Notes: generated by a model not told the origin, from the sequence alone. 64,000 bases of DNA from Lingula anatina (GCA_051362555.1 JBPQGU010000016.1:1178001-1242000), one strand, 5' to 3'; positions 23,156 through 35,670 are shown, numbered from the stretch's first letter. Made by a program: numbers and translations.

Positions 23156-25018
23156 CAGATCTGCTCAATATAACCCCAACGGTTACTGGGCCCTAGATGT
23201 GTGTACCGCCAAAGAAACATATGGGGTCAATAATAATAAAGTAAAATTCGGTTTGTTTCTTTTTCAAGATCTTTTAATACAAATATATTTCACAGATACA
23301 ATTAAAATTGTATCTGTGAAATATATTTGGTAGATAGCAAGTGTGTATCATTGTATATTTCGAGAAAAAATTAAATAGCTGTCACTTGCTATAGGAATAC
23401 TTATTCACGGGTTTCTATTTCTACCAAAGAAACTAAGGTTCATTATAAAATAAAAATTACATTTAATTTTTTTCAGTGTTTGTCAAATCCTCATAACTTT
23501 TATCATATATTTTTAGTGGGTATCCTTGTGCATTTTGAAAAAAACCCAAAATGGCCGCCAATTCACATAGGAATACTAGTTCTCGGTTTTCAAATACTTT
23601 TAGAAAATTATATAGTTCATTATAACGTTTAAATTAAATTCAGTTTGTTTCTCAGTCTTTTTCACAGTGTTATTAAACCTATGATACATATTTTGTTAAT
23701 AACAACTATGCATCCTTTGATATTTGAGAGAAATGCAAAATGGGTCTCATTTCCCAGAGAAATACTAACACAAGGGATTCAGTTACTGCCAGAGAGACGT
23801 ATTGGGTCCATTCTCAAATGAAGGTACCGTAACTTAAGTTTGTTTTCCAGTGCTTACTTATCCTTATTTCTTCTGTGTGCATATCTGCTGGATATCGATG
23901 TTCATTTTAACAAATTCCAAGATGGCTGTTATTAACCTTAGGAATAGTAGTACATTGTGTTTCAGTTGTTGCTAGGGAGATATGAGGTCAATATCAAATT
24001 AGTTTTGTTTGTCAGTGTTTTCTCGCATCCTTTATATCCCTTTGACAACGTCCGTTGTATTCTCTTGGGTGCTAGGTGACTGCCAATTATATCGGGAAAA
24101 CTAGTATATCCTCATTTCCTAAAACACTTGGCGGCCATCTTTTTTTTTTCTCAAAATTATCAAAGATAAACACTTTTAACATACCAGATATTTATCATAG
24201 CATCATAAGGGAGATAAAAGTATGATAAATACTGAGAAACAGACTAAAGTTTATTACATACAATAATGAAATCTTTGTCTCGCTGGCAGTAATTGAAACC
24301 CATGAACTAGTATTTTTAAGGAAATGGTGGCCATCTTGGATTTCCTTGCAATACCCAAGGTAACATGTTCCCCACCGGATAAATATCATGCGGGTATTAG
24401 GGATGTTATAAAAACTGAGAAACGAACTAACTTTTACTTAATTTTGGAATGGCTTTTGTATTACCCTGCAGATGTTGAAACCTATATGCAGTATTCGTAT
24501 AGCAAATAGGGGCCATTTTAAGATTTATTCAAGGAAAACTAGTTACTTTCCGCACAATAATTGACATTTTATATGGGTAACAAGGGTGTGAAAAATACTC
24601 AGAATCAAAATACTAGTATATTTGTTATTGGACAATAAATTCCTGGAATGTAATCGTATGGTAAACGGCGGCCATGTTGGATTTTTTCAAAAATAATCCA
24701 AGAATACGTACTAGATACCAACTAGTTATATATATTTTAGGTCTAATAACAATGTGGAGAGCAATGTAGATCAAACTTTTTTTTTATGAACACTTTTCCC
24801 CCAAGAATATACTAATGTAGCTGAAATGGGTAAAAATATTTGGAATGCACTCGGAATTTTTAAAATGCTCTTAGAATATCCAGGAACGCACAAAGAATTA
24901 TCTTTCCGACGGCATTCTTGCTCATTCCGCCTCTAGTGTGACGGGGGTATTAGGTCATCATCTCGTAAATAGCCACCAATCAGGTACGAGCTCTACTTCA
25001 ACTGACGCCATCTACCGC

Positions 25019-25188
25019 TGCTGAGCAGGGAGATCTATAGAAAGAATACCTATTGTACGTGTATTGCATACTTAAGTAGTTCAGAAAGATCACATGGTAT
25101 CTAAGTAAAATTATGAATAACCAATCCGCATCTAGTATTGCATCTCAAACTCGAATCGTCTATGCTATTACTCTGTCGTTTAACACCA
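25019..25188 (+). ncRNA. Candidate H/ACA RNA, type A copy 5
   Basis: TGCTGAG/CTAAGTA, GATCT/AGATC, AAATTA at 25108-25113, ACA at 25183-25185. Confidence 0.45.
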
Positions 25189-25735
25189 TAGTTCTGCTGT
25201 TACCCCCGCATTTCTTTCATAACTAAATGGAGTAGGTTATGGCGGGAAAGCAAAAGGGGAATCCCCTTGACATGCCTTCGTTTCCAACAGGTGGCAATGA
25301 AACAATGCTTCCTTGAGGGCGATATGCCGAATATAATCATATACATTTACCTACCATTTATCAGGGTCACAGATTGATTTCCCACAAAATATTCACAGTC
25401 CGTTCCCCAATATTTTGTACAGGTGACATTTGTCCCATATACTAGTCCCAATACCCCGACTAACTCTAATCTATACTAATCACACGGGTCTCTAGAACTA
25501 CGATATCTGTAACAGCTTACCCTAACCTGTACTAATCATATGGGGCCCTGGACTTTTATGTCTAGGAATACCATAAATGACGTGCAATAACTCCCATTCA
25601 GGAAAGACCCAGACTTACAAGTAGTTTGTATCCAATATGACAAATACTAAAAACATGTACATGTACGCCTGTCAAGGTAGTTATACATGCGTAACCTGAC
25701 TTGGTCCCTATCTCCAGCAGCGGTAGGTCGACAGT

Positions 25736-27771
25736 TGTAGAGCCGCATTTTGCAACCGAACGCATTTTGCAACCGGTTGCAAAATGCGGTCAGTTGCAAA
25801 ATGCGGCTCTACTTAGTAGGACCGCATTTTGCAACTGGCCGCATTTTGCAACTGCAACGCATTTAGCAACCAAAGAAAATCGTGAAAACGCATTTTGCAA
25901 CTGCAACGCATTTTGCAACCAGGATTTTTTTCTAAGTGTCTGAAACAGTTTGAAGTACGAAACAGGTAGAATTGCAGTGGGGACGGGGTGCCTCGGCTAG
26001 GTACACTGATATTGGTCAAGATGCCCTTGGGGTGGACAATTTTATACATGGGGACGGTTGAATCAAATTTGGCAGCATGATTTCTGCTGTCTACCCTTGG
26101 ACCATTAAAGTATGGAAGGTAAGGCTATGGGAATTGAAAAATCTGGCTTTGTATAGGGGTATGGATAGATGGGGGTCCTTCTGGTTTTTTGTTACATTTG
26201 GTGTGGCCGCCCCTGGGGGTGGTTGATTATCTTTTTACAGTAACTTCTGCTATCTACCCCTGGACCATTAGAGTTTGGAACATGAAACCTTGTGAACTTA
26301 TTAACCTATCATTAACCACGTGCGTGTGCACTTCGGAATGTTTTTGTAACTTGGGGTGTGGTTGTCCCTGGGAGTGGTTGATTCTACTTTTTTGCATTGT
26401 TTTCTACTATCTAGCCTTAGAGTAAGTAACATGAAACGTTGGGTATCGATAAACCATTCACATTTTATGAATGTGCATGGGTCTTTGAGGAATGTAGAGA
26501 ACAGCAGCAGCGCACATAGCACTGACTGATTAAACTGACTTACAGTCGTAGGCATGAATATAGGTCAAGGAATCCAATTAAAAACTAATTCAAGGCCTTA
26601 CACACTCAGGAATCCTAGCGTTCAACTAGCCGTTGTGTCTTAAAATAAAATAAACATGTTAATAAATAAAAAATAGTAATTAGCATGTGTGTAGAGATAC
26701 AGAGGCTATGCACAATGATTCCTGAAAGTATGAAGTCTTGCACGGGTTTTTAATTAACTTGACCTACATTCAAGCATACTGCTAAAGGTCTGTTATTAAG
26801 TGCTGTTTGTTGCTTTCTCTGCATCCCCCTTCCTTCTTAACTCGAAGACTGCTTTCAGATTCACACATCCTACTAGCTGCGTCGGTCCAACTCTACAGGG
26901 GTTCTCACTTAAGAACAATCAGTGAAATCAGCTTAATTGTCTGACATGCCACCGATCACCCCATCACCTCCGGGACAGTCACACCCTAAGTCACACTAAA
27001 ATTCCCCTGCGCCCATGCACCGAAAACTCATGTGCCTAACTCGAATTCTCTAGAAGGAGATGAAAGAAATTACGGTGAAAATATTACAGTCAACCATCCT
27101 CAGGGACGGTAACTCCCCAAGTCACCAAAAAATTCCGTTTTGTCCAAGCACATCTCTAACGATCTCAACGACCCCTAGGGACAATCAGTGCCTAGGGACA
27201 ATCAGTGACCACGCCCCTTCCTTACAATAGTGTATTAATCCCCAACGTTTTTATTTCCTAATTCTAAAGATATAAGGGTACATAACAGAAAACAAAATGT
27301 AAAATATTACAATCAACCACCCTTAGGGACGGCCACACCCCCAATTTACAAATAAATAATAAGTGCCCATGTACATGCCTAACAATATCTTTATTATTCC
27401 ACGACGTTTCGACTTCAAAACTCTAATGGTTTAGAAAATAGCAATGAGAAATATAGATTATATATTTTCCCCGCCCCAGAGGCAACCTGACCAGTTTCAG
27501 CGTACCCAGCCAAAACAAACCCGTCCCCACTGCAATTCTACCTGTTTCGTACTTCAAACTGTTTCAGACACTTAGAAAAAAATCCTGGTTGCAAAATGCG
27601 TTGCAGTTGCAAAATGCGTTTTCACGATTTTCTTTGGTTGCAAAATGCGTTGCAGTTGCAAAATGCGGCCAGTTGCAAAATGCGGTCCTACTAAGTAGAG
27701 CCGCATTTTGCAACTGACCGCATTTTGCAACCGGTTGCAAAATGCGTTCGGTTGCAAAATGCGGCTCTACA
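25736..27771. mobile_element. Ginger-like non-autonomous DNA transposon with ~250-bp TIRs
   Basis: TGT...ACA termini; near-identical TIRs (25736-25987 / 27520-27771) built of CGCATTTTGCAAC repeats; 4-bp TSD CAGT; empty site GTCGACAGTTCAAC at ~11720. Confidence 0.85.
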
Positions 27772-27775
27772 CAGT

Positions 27776-27927
27776 TCAACACCAGCCATATGACAGAAAT
27801 AGGTAAACCAAAAAGGCTGCATAGTATCTCAGTAGAGTAACGATTAATCTAGCCACAGCTTGTTTTACATTTCTGCTTTGCATCTAGCCTTACATCTTTT
27901 AAGTTTTGATTCTGTTGTTGCACAGCA
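27776..27927 (+). ncRNA. Candidate H/ACA RNA, type B copy interrupted by the Ginger-like element (5' part at 25711-25735)
   Basis: GGCTGCATAGTATCTCAGT-AGAGTA (H box 27834-27839); ACA at 27922-27924. Confidence 0.35.
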
Positions 27928-29149
27928 TAGTGTACTCACCTTGTTCAGTAAATGGTGGATAAAATGGCAGTTACCCGCCGTTTCTGTAACGGGGAATCCC
28001 CTATCGACAATTCTATTTTCCAATAGGCGCGAGTGTAACAATAAACCCTAGAGGGCGTTATACCGAATACAACCATTTTCATTTACCTACCCTTACCATG
28101 GTCACATATTTATTTCCAACTGCGTATTCAGTAATGATTCTTTGTCTTATTATTTATGTTCTTTTCTGTAATTACAAAATCCTTCGATAATTTTTGCCAG
28201 ACCAATAGATCAATATCATATTCACGCCTCCAACTTAAATGGGTTTTTATTTTTATGTAAGAGGAATGCACATTCGTCACTAGCGGCGTACATGTATGTT
28301 GGCTAGACTCCGTTGCAGTTATTAAGATGGGTAGTCCATGCACTGCTGAAGATCACTGAAGAAAAATGTTTGATTTGAGCTAAGTCTTTTCAATGTCATG
28401 AATTATTTGATTAGATATGTTAAGGTGCATATACAAAAAATATCCTTTTTGTTATGATTGAAGGAGTTTTCGTTGGCTATGCTATGAATATAGGCAGAAT
28501 TTCAACTTGTAATTCCCCGTAGCGTTGATCGATATCTCCACACCTAGCTTCTCCGCAATTGGCACGCGCTGCCCCCTTTAAAAAATGCGAATTTGAATTT
28601 TTTTCAAAATTGCACTGAGCTTGTGACAAACAAATGAGCAGCTGTGGCTTATGTCCCTCTCCTAGGTGACTTTAAACGGGGAATCCCCTGACCCCACCCC
28701 CTGCCTATCCTTTGTTGTTTCGCCACAAGTCAATTTTCCCAACTGAGACTGCATCATTTAGATTTTTTTCAAACTTTTTGAAGGTGGACTTAGTAATATG
28801 CCCTGTATGTTAGCTTGACCGTCATATGTGTTTTTGTACACCAATCAAATAGCCTCTGTGCGATTAACTTTTCTTTTAAATATAACGAAAGGTTGCGGCA
28901 TGTTGTGGAGAAAACAGAGATATTCATATACAGAGATATACACAGTTATATTCACCTAAACATAAAATATTCTGATACCGATGCTGGTAGCTGCAATGTG
29001 TCTGTACCGGGGTATGCTATGGAAGGTTCCAAAGACGTCCAACATATGCTAACGTGCTATTTTAACTGAGAACGCAATGAAAACACGCCGTCTTACCTGT
29101 CAACTGTACTAGTATTTCTTCGAGCTATAAATGGTAATCGAAATCCACT

Positions 29150-29512
29150 TAAATAAAGGATCAATTATTACTAAAACCACAGAACGCAAGACTAAAATCT
29201 TTTGGCGAAAAATCATTCCAGTACGCAGCACCACATGAGTGGAATAAATTACCTCTAGACTTGAGAAGCATTAGCTCAGTGAAGGATTTTAAAAAAGCTT
29301 TAAAAACATACCTTTTTCACAAATTTTATTAAAGAACATTTTATAACTTGGAAATATTAACTGGACATCATTATCTTAACTCAGACTATTAAGTCATAAT
29401 TTTATTAATTCAATTCATCTTACTGTGTTTTGAGTTTTTAGTTTGTAAAGTCTACAGAACATATTTTATGGATTTTAGACTTTAAATAAATATATTATTA
29501 TTATTATTATTA
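29150..29512 (+). mobile_element. L2-group LINE 3' end
   Basis: RLKSFGEKSFQYAAPHEWNKLP...FKKALKTYLF with (TTA)n tail; absent at the paralogous site ~32105. Confidence 0.85.
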
Positions 29513-29929
29513 TAAATACTGACACGTAAATTGATGGGTCTACCCAAATTTATGTACAGGTTTATTGTCTAACAATATTCCGTTGTTTAGGTTTGGTCCA
29601 CTGCCAAGGTCTCATACAACGTAGTTATGTTTGACATGTGGTTTCAATACATTATTCAAAGAGTCTCCTCGTGCATTTGACTTTCCTTTTAAAGATTTTT
29701 TTGACGAAAGAGAGTGGCGTGTGCCCTCACATGATGAATGATTTAAAATGATCATTATGAAACAAATGAAAGCATGTTGTTGAATACCTGCGTTATGCTT
29801 AAAAACGTCTAAGTTTTTAAAAATAGTATCTAAGCCGATAGCGTTTGTAGTCCAAGGGTGTTAGGTCATCATCTCGTTAATAGACACTCTTCAGGTACGA
29901 TCACTTCTTGTATTGCCGTTATCTACGTC

Positions 29930-30087
29930 TGCTGGGCTGGGAGCTCTATGAACAAATACCTGCCGTGTACTAACTTAGTTCAAAAAGATCTCATGGTATC
30001 TCAGTAAAATTATGAATAACTAATCCTCAGCTAGTGTTACATCTCAGACACGAATGGTCTAAGCTAATTATCTGTCGCGTAAGAGCA
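29930..30087 (+). ncRNA. Candidate H/ACA RNA, type A copy 6
   Basis: TGCTGGG/CTCAGTA (two G-U pairs), TGAAC/GTTCA, AAATTA at 30007-30012; ACA position reads AGA. Confidence 0.4.
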
Positions 30088-30212
30088 TAGTTCTGTTGCC
30101 CCCGCATTTCCTTCATAACAAAATGAAGTTATTCATGGGTGTTGTTTAAACAAAATGAAATACGTTATGGCGGGAAAGCAAATTGGGAATCCCCCTCGAC
30201 ATGCCTTCGTTT

Positions 30213-30336
30213 TGTAGTGGCTGGCCGGGGTTGGCCCGAGCTCTGTAGCTCAATTGGGAGGGAAGTCGCACGGTTTGCGAGAGTCCGGGTCAGAATCCCA
30301 GTCGGGCCTGGTGTTTTCTACCCCCAAATCGCTACA
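30213..30336 (+). mobile_element. Solo LTR containing a tRNA-like sequence
   Basis: TGTAG...CTACA ends, 4-bp TSD GTTT, empty site at ~25278; internal A box TAGCTCAATTGG and B-box-like GGTCAGAATCCC closed by GGCCCGA/TCGGGCC. Confidence 0.75.
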
Positions 30337-30744
30337 GTTTCCAATAGTTGCTAATGTAACAATATATCCTAGAGGCGATATGCCGAATTATAATCATAGA
30401 CATTTACCTACCATTTATCAGGGTCACAAATTGATTTCCCACTTGATATTCACAGTCCGCTCCCCATTACTTTGTACAGGTGACATTTGTCCCATATGCT
30501 AGTGCCAACTCTAAACTCTACTTATCATATGGGACCCCATGAACTACCATTCCTGTCACACTAGCTTACCCTAACCTGTACTAACCATATGGGACCCTGG
30601 ACTTTTATTCACAAGACTACCATAAAAGACATGCAATAACTCACATTCAGGAAAAACCTAAAGTAGTTTGTATCCAATACGAAGAATACTAATACCTGTA
30701 CGCAACACGGCAGGCACACGTGCGCCACTTAACTTTGCCTCTAT

Positions 30745-30918
30745 CTCTTGCACCTTTAGGTCGACAGCCCCAATACCTGTCATATGACATAAATAGGTAT
30801 TTGAAAAAGGCTGCTTAGTATCTCAGTAGAATAACGATCAACCAAGCCTCAGCTTGTTTTACATTTTTGTCTTGCATCTAGCCTTACATCTTAGTTTTAT
30901 TTCTGTTGTTGCACAGCA
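30745..30918 (+). ncRNA. Candidate H/ACA RNA, type B uninterrupted copy
   Basis: CAGCC/GGCTG and AATACCTGT/ATAGGTATT stems, H box AGAATA at 30828-30833, AACGAT/GTTGTT stem, ACA at 30913-30915; basal stem of hairpin 1 is weak. Confidence 0.4.
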
Positions 30919-33900
30919 TAGTGTACTCACCTTGTTCAGTAAATGGTGGATAAAATGGCAGTTACCCGCCGTTTCTGTAACGGGGAATCCCCTATCGACA
31001 ATCCTAGTTTCCAATTGGCGCGAATGTAACAACAAACCCTAGAGGGCGTTATACTGAATACTACCATTTTCATTTACCTACCCTTTACCAGGGTCACATA
31101 TTTATTTTCCAACTACATATTCAGTAATAATTATTTGTCTTACCTGTCTTATATTTAAGCACTTTCTGTAATTACAAAACCCTTACATAATTTTTGCTAG
31201 ACCAATAGATTAATATTATTTTCATGCCTCCAACTTAAATGGGTTTTTATATAAGAGGCATGCGCATTCGTCACGAGCGGCGTATGTTGGCTAGACTCCG
31301 TTGCAGTTAGTGAGATGGGTAGTTCATGCACTGCGGAACAGCAATGAAGAAAATTTTTGAGTTTATCCTTTTCAGTATCATAATAAATTTGATTAGATAT
31401 GTTAATGTACATGAATAATACTAATGTTTCCTTTAAGTCATGAGTGAATGATTTCTCGTTGGCTGTGCTATGAAATATTGGCGGAATTTCAACTTGTAAT
31501 TCCCCGTAGCGTTGCACGATATCTCAACACCTAGCTTCTCCGCAATTGGCACGCGCTGCCCCCTTTCAAAAATGCGAATTTGAATTTTTTTTAAATTGCA
31601 CTGAGCACGTGACAAACAAATGAGCAGCTGTGACCCATGTCACTCTTCTAACCTAGGTGGCTTTAAAAGGGGAATCCCCTCACTCCCACCCCCTGCCTAT
31701 CCTTTGTTGTTTCGCCACAAGTCGATTTTCCAGACTGAGACAGCATCATTTAATAATTTTTTTCAAACTTGTTGAAGGTGGACTTTGTAATATATGTAAA
31801 TGTGGTTTTAGTACACCAAACAATTAAAGAGGCTCTTTTGACTTTCCTTTTAATTATAACGACAGCTTGTTGCCATGTAGTCGAGAAAATAGAGATAGGC
31901 CTATGCATAATATACACAATTATATTCACCTTAACCTAAACTATTCTGATGCTGATGTTGATAGATGTGTCTGTATTCTATGGACGTCCAACATATACTA
32001 TCGTGCTATTTTAATTGAGAACATACTGAAAATAAACTGTCTTACCTGTTTACTGCACTAGTATTTCGGTCAAAGTAGCTGTAAATAGTCACTGAAATCC
32101 ACTTTAACTTGTGGTAAATTAACGTGTCTACCAAAATTTAGCTATAGTTTTATTGTCTAACAATATTCCGTTGTTGAGATTCGGTCCACTGCCAAGGTCA
32201 CTTACAATGTAAATATGATTGACATGTGGTAACAATACATTATTCAAAGAGCCTCTCCGTGTATTACACGCTCCTTATAAGAAAGGCATATTTCCACCGT
32301 TGTGATACAACCGGGTAAACAGATATAGATGCACTTTAAAAGGACCAAAATCAACAATCAACGCTGACTTTGATTTTCTAAGTAGTTATAACCATAACGA
32401 TGAAAATCCCCTTAATACAGGTCCAAATAAAAAAACCTTTTAATTACGTCACTAGGGGTACAGTGTAACTGATATCGGACACTTGTGTAGCCAGTTTAAG
32501 TCATTAGTCTTTCCCTGTCTGAGTGTGAAATAAATTACTGTCAACAAAATATTTGTTGCCATCCGACGAGCTACCGTCTGTGTACATGTATACTTCAAAT
32601 GATCTTACTAGCAATGTGCTAAACTGCCTCAGTGTTTGTTTTGCCTCATTACCTATGTCACGTGGTTCTACAGCTTCATAAAGGTACACTTTCGTTAACT
32701 AAGCCTATCAAGGTCGCATTATTACATTATGCTGATTCACCCCCTCTCTTTTGCTAATTTCCTTATCCATTTCATTTTCCAACAGCTTTGACGTTATTGT
32801 TGGGCGGAACGAAATCTGCTTTTTCCATGCTAAAATTAGTAATATTTTACGATTTCTGCGCATGTCTGAACCCCCCCCCCCCCCCATGCCAGTGTACTCA
32901 CCGTGCTGTGAGTAGAGACTTGGCGTGTAGATCATTCCTAGCAAACTGCCCCGTTGTACACCCAAACCAAATATAGAGGTGCTCTATACATGTCGAAGTG
33001 TCAAAAAAATAAAATTGTATGAATTCAAAGTTGTATTCAAATGCGGAAGTGTAAAAAAAAAATAATATTGAATGAATTCAAAGTTGTATAGACCTATTCA
33101 AAATTTTAAAACACATATGTGTATAGAACAAAAATCCACGACTGGATCAATATGTCCAGTATAAAAATAGTGATGATTAGCCTAGTACTGTAGATTGATG
33201 CCGAGTGTTAATGCCGAGTGTATACATGTGTCAAAATGACTGTCCTACATATTTGACACCCCCCCCTCCCATTGGGCATTTTCACTCCCCGATCACTCTT
33301 AGTTTTTACACAGTCCTTTGATACATGAATTTAGTCTTACGTTTGTCCCTGCTCATGCACAACACCATTGTCAATGTCAAGCTCTATCAATATGCAATAT
33401 AATTTGGAGAGAATGTGGTATAAGTGATGATTAATTTTAACTTACCTTAAAAATATGTAATAACCAAACGGTTTATTTTTTTCAAAATACTGCTTGTCTA
33501 ATTCCACAATATAGTGATAGATGGACAAAACCTAGACATATTTGTGAACTTTCTGTCACTTAAAGAGTTCCTGTTGTTATTCAGGTTGTCCCTTATTCGC
33601 CTTGTTCTTGTTTGCATTTCTAAAAATATGCTTTATATTTTAAAAAAAGAATATTGACTGTATCCATCAACATTTGGATTTGTAGCCTTTCCATTGCCTA
33701 ATTCCAATACGATACCATTACCATAATCATCAATAAATGATATATAATACGACATATACACTATAATATGACTAATTGTATAATTATTATATCTTTTTTT
33801 TTGTAACATTATCGTGAGAAATCTATTATGCTTATTTTCACATAACTTAATAATTTAGTTAATTAAATGATAAAGACAAAAAAGGGAAAACGCACATCTC

Positions 33901-34142
33901 ACTACATTAGGACATCCAAAAATATTGCTCTTTGGGCGACCTTATTGGATGTGGTACATTGTAGCCATTCATGTTGAAGTATCTTTATGAAGCATTATGT
34001 AGAAACATACTAGCACTGCTACATGTAGCACAAATATGTGTGTAAAATTTGTATCAAAAATTTTTGATGCTTTTCAGCGTGCCAACTTTGTCATCTTAAA
34101 GAACACGGCGTGCTAATTGGTTTTTATGGGAATAAAGCCAAC

Positions 34143-34929
34143 ATGTCACAAAACCTCACTATAGCTGCCTATCATGGAATCACAGCAATGATACACGAGG
34201 AAAACGGTCTAAATACGTTTGTACAATGGCGTACACACATCGATGTGGATCCACGAGAGCTAGCAAGTGCCGGGTTTTGTAATACAGGCCAACGCCACCT
34301 GCTTCAGTGCCCATTTGGTGGTTGCACCATGCGGGTTGAAGATTTTGCAGTTGGTGAGCATTGTTTATAATATAAACCCATTGTATCAATTTTGTTTTTC
34401 ATTCAAATCATTACATGTCAAAAAGTTCAATGATGGAAATGAAAAATCCCTTTCGCTGTTACACTTGCAGTACACCCTAGTCTGCTAAAACATGTTAATT
34501 TCTCATCCATGCAGGCACTACTTATTTTATTGCTGTTTATCTACACATCATTTAGATTATATAAGCAAATATGACCTCCTGAAATCATCCATTCTTTTTC
34601 TGAAAAACACATTTTTAGAAGTATACGTCAGTTTGCCACATGTGCAACTCTTTGGATTAAAAGGTCAGAAGAACCTTTGAATTAAAACGTGGATGTGGTC
34701 CAATTCCATGTCAAAAATAATATTGATAATGGTAATACACATGTATCTATTTGATATAAATAATTTTGTATAATTTTACTGTCTGAAATCTAGCGACTAT
34801 TCTAGGTTTCAGACGCCCATTCGAGTGGCATGCGCAACAGAACCCTTCCTGCCCATTTGTGAGAGACAAAAATAATCACAACATTCCAATTAATATCGAA
34901 GATAAGCGTGGGTGTGCTGTGATCAGACC

Positions 34930-34975
<46 letters not shown>

Positions 34976-35670
34976 CGTTGTTTTAAATTTTGAGTATTAT
35001 ATATCAATCCGAAGAACTAAGCTTTGCAGTTATAATCGAAATATGATGATCTGTGCAACGTGCAATTTTGTCATTTAGATGCTTTGTTTGCTGGTCCAGC
35101 CTATCCACAGTTCACTGATATCTGTAATCGGCGGGCAACTTTTGGGACATGGCCGCTCTTTCTGCCTGAATTACCTGACAAGTTACAGGCGGCTGGCTTC
35201 TTTTATACAGGTGAGATACCAGTTACAGAAACTGCTATTTCAGATTTAAGAAAAATTAGTATACTGAAATGTATCTATTATGTATGCTGTTGCAACTGTT
35301 ACTGAAAAATGCCCGATTTTGTTGTATTATATCAAACTATTTTTCGTAAGTCTATCAGACAATAATGCCAACTCATGTTTTGTTTAAATTGCTGCAGCGT
35401 TAACTTCACTAAAATACTAAATTACGTTTTTAAAAGCTGATTTATATGAATCTTATTACCACTATTTGTCGTTACTCAGGTTTTTGTGACTACGTCACAT
35501 GTTTTTATTGCGGTGGACAACTTCGTAATTGGGAGGACGAAGGTGGTTCTCTGACAAATGTAGCATGGTTAGAACATGCGCGGTGGGTGCCGAGATGTCC
35601 GTTTTTGATAGCTGAAAAGGGACAGCAGTTTATTGATATGGTACAGAGCATATATCCCCCTAAGATGTGA
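34143..35670 (+). CDS. Inhibitor-of-apoptosis (IAP/BIRC-like) protein with two BIR domains, ~219 aa; possibly truncated or decaying
   Basis: Exons 34143-34353, 34806-34931, 35079-35210, 35480-35670, all phase-1 GT-AG. BIR2 is canonical (RRATFGTWP, AGFFYTG, CFYC, LRNWE, EHARW, CPF); BIR1 has R>G and CPFC>CPFG. Confidence 0.85.

Larger units (their letters stand above)
19130..24935. mobile_element. Degenerate large DNA-transposon remnant (Academ-like) hosting nested insertions
   Basis: Repeated AAATCCAAGATGGC(CGCC) motifs, forward in the left part and inverted near the right end; right terminus ...CCGCCTCTA; family assignment is tentative. Confidence 0.4.
24950..32270. repeat. Tandem duplication of a ~2.4-kb unit (two H/ACA-like modules and three kB sites per unit)
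   Basis: Copy 1 = 24950-25735 plus 27776-29680; copy 2 = 29860-32270; colinear apart from copy-specific insertions. Confidence 0.9.

Noticed and set aside
25515-27927. Telomerase RNA-like layout: ACCCTAACC (also ~30568) about 360 nt upstream of an H/ACA-like domain once the transposon is removed
   Set aside because: No pseudoknot is conserved between the two copies, the CCCTAAC lies in a locally repeated CTAA-rich tract, and type A modules lack it; an Infernal search with metazoan TR models would settle it
30233-30308. tRNA gene
   Set aside because: Non-canonical T-loop and acceptor stem, embedded in a TSD-flanked TG...CA insertion
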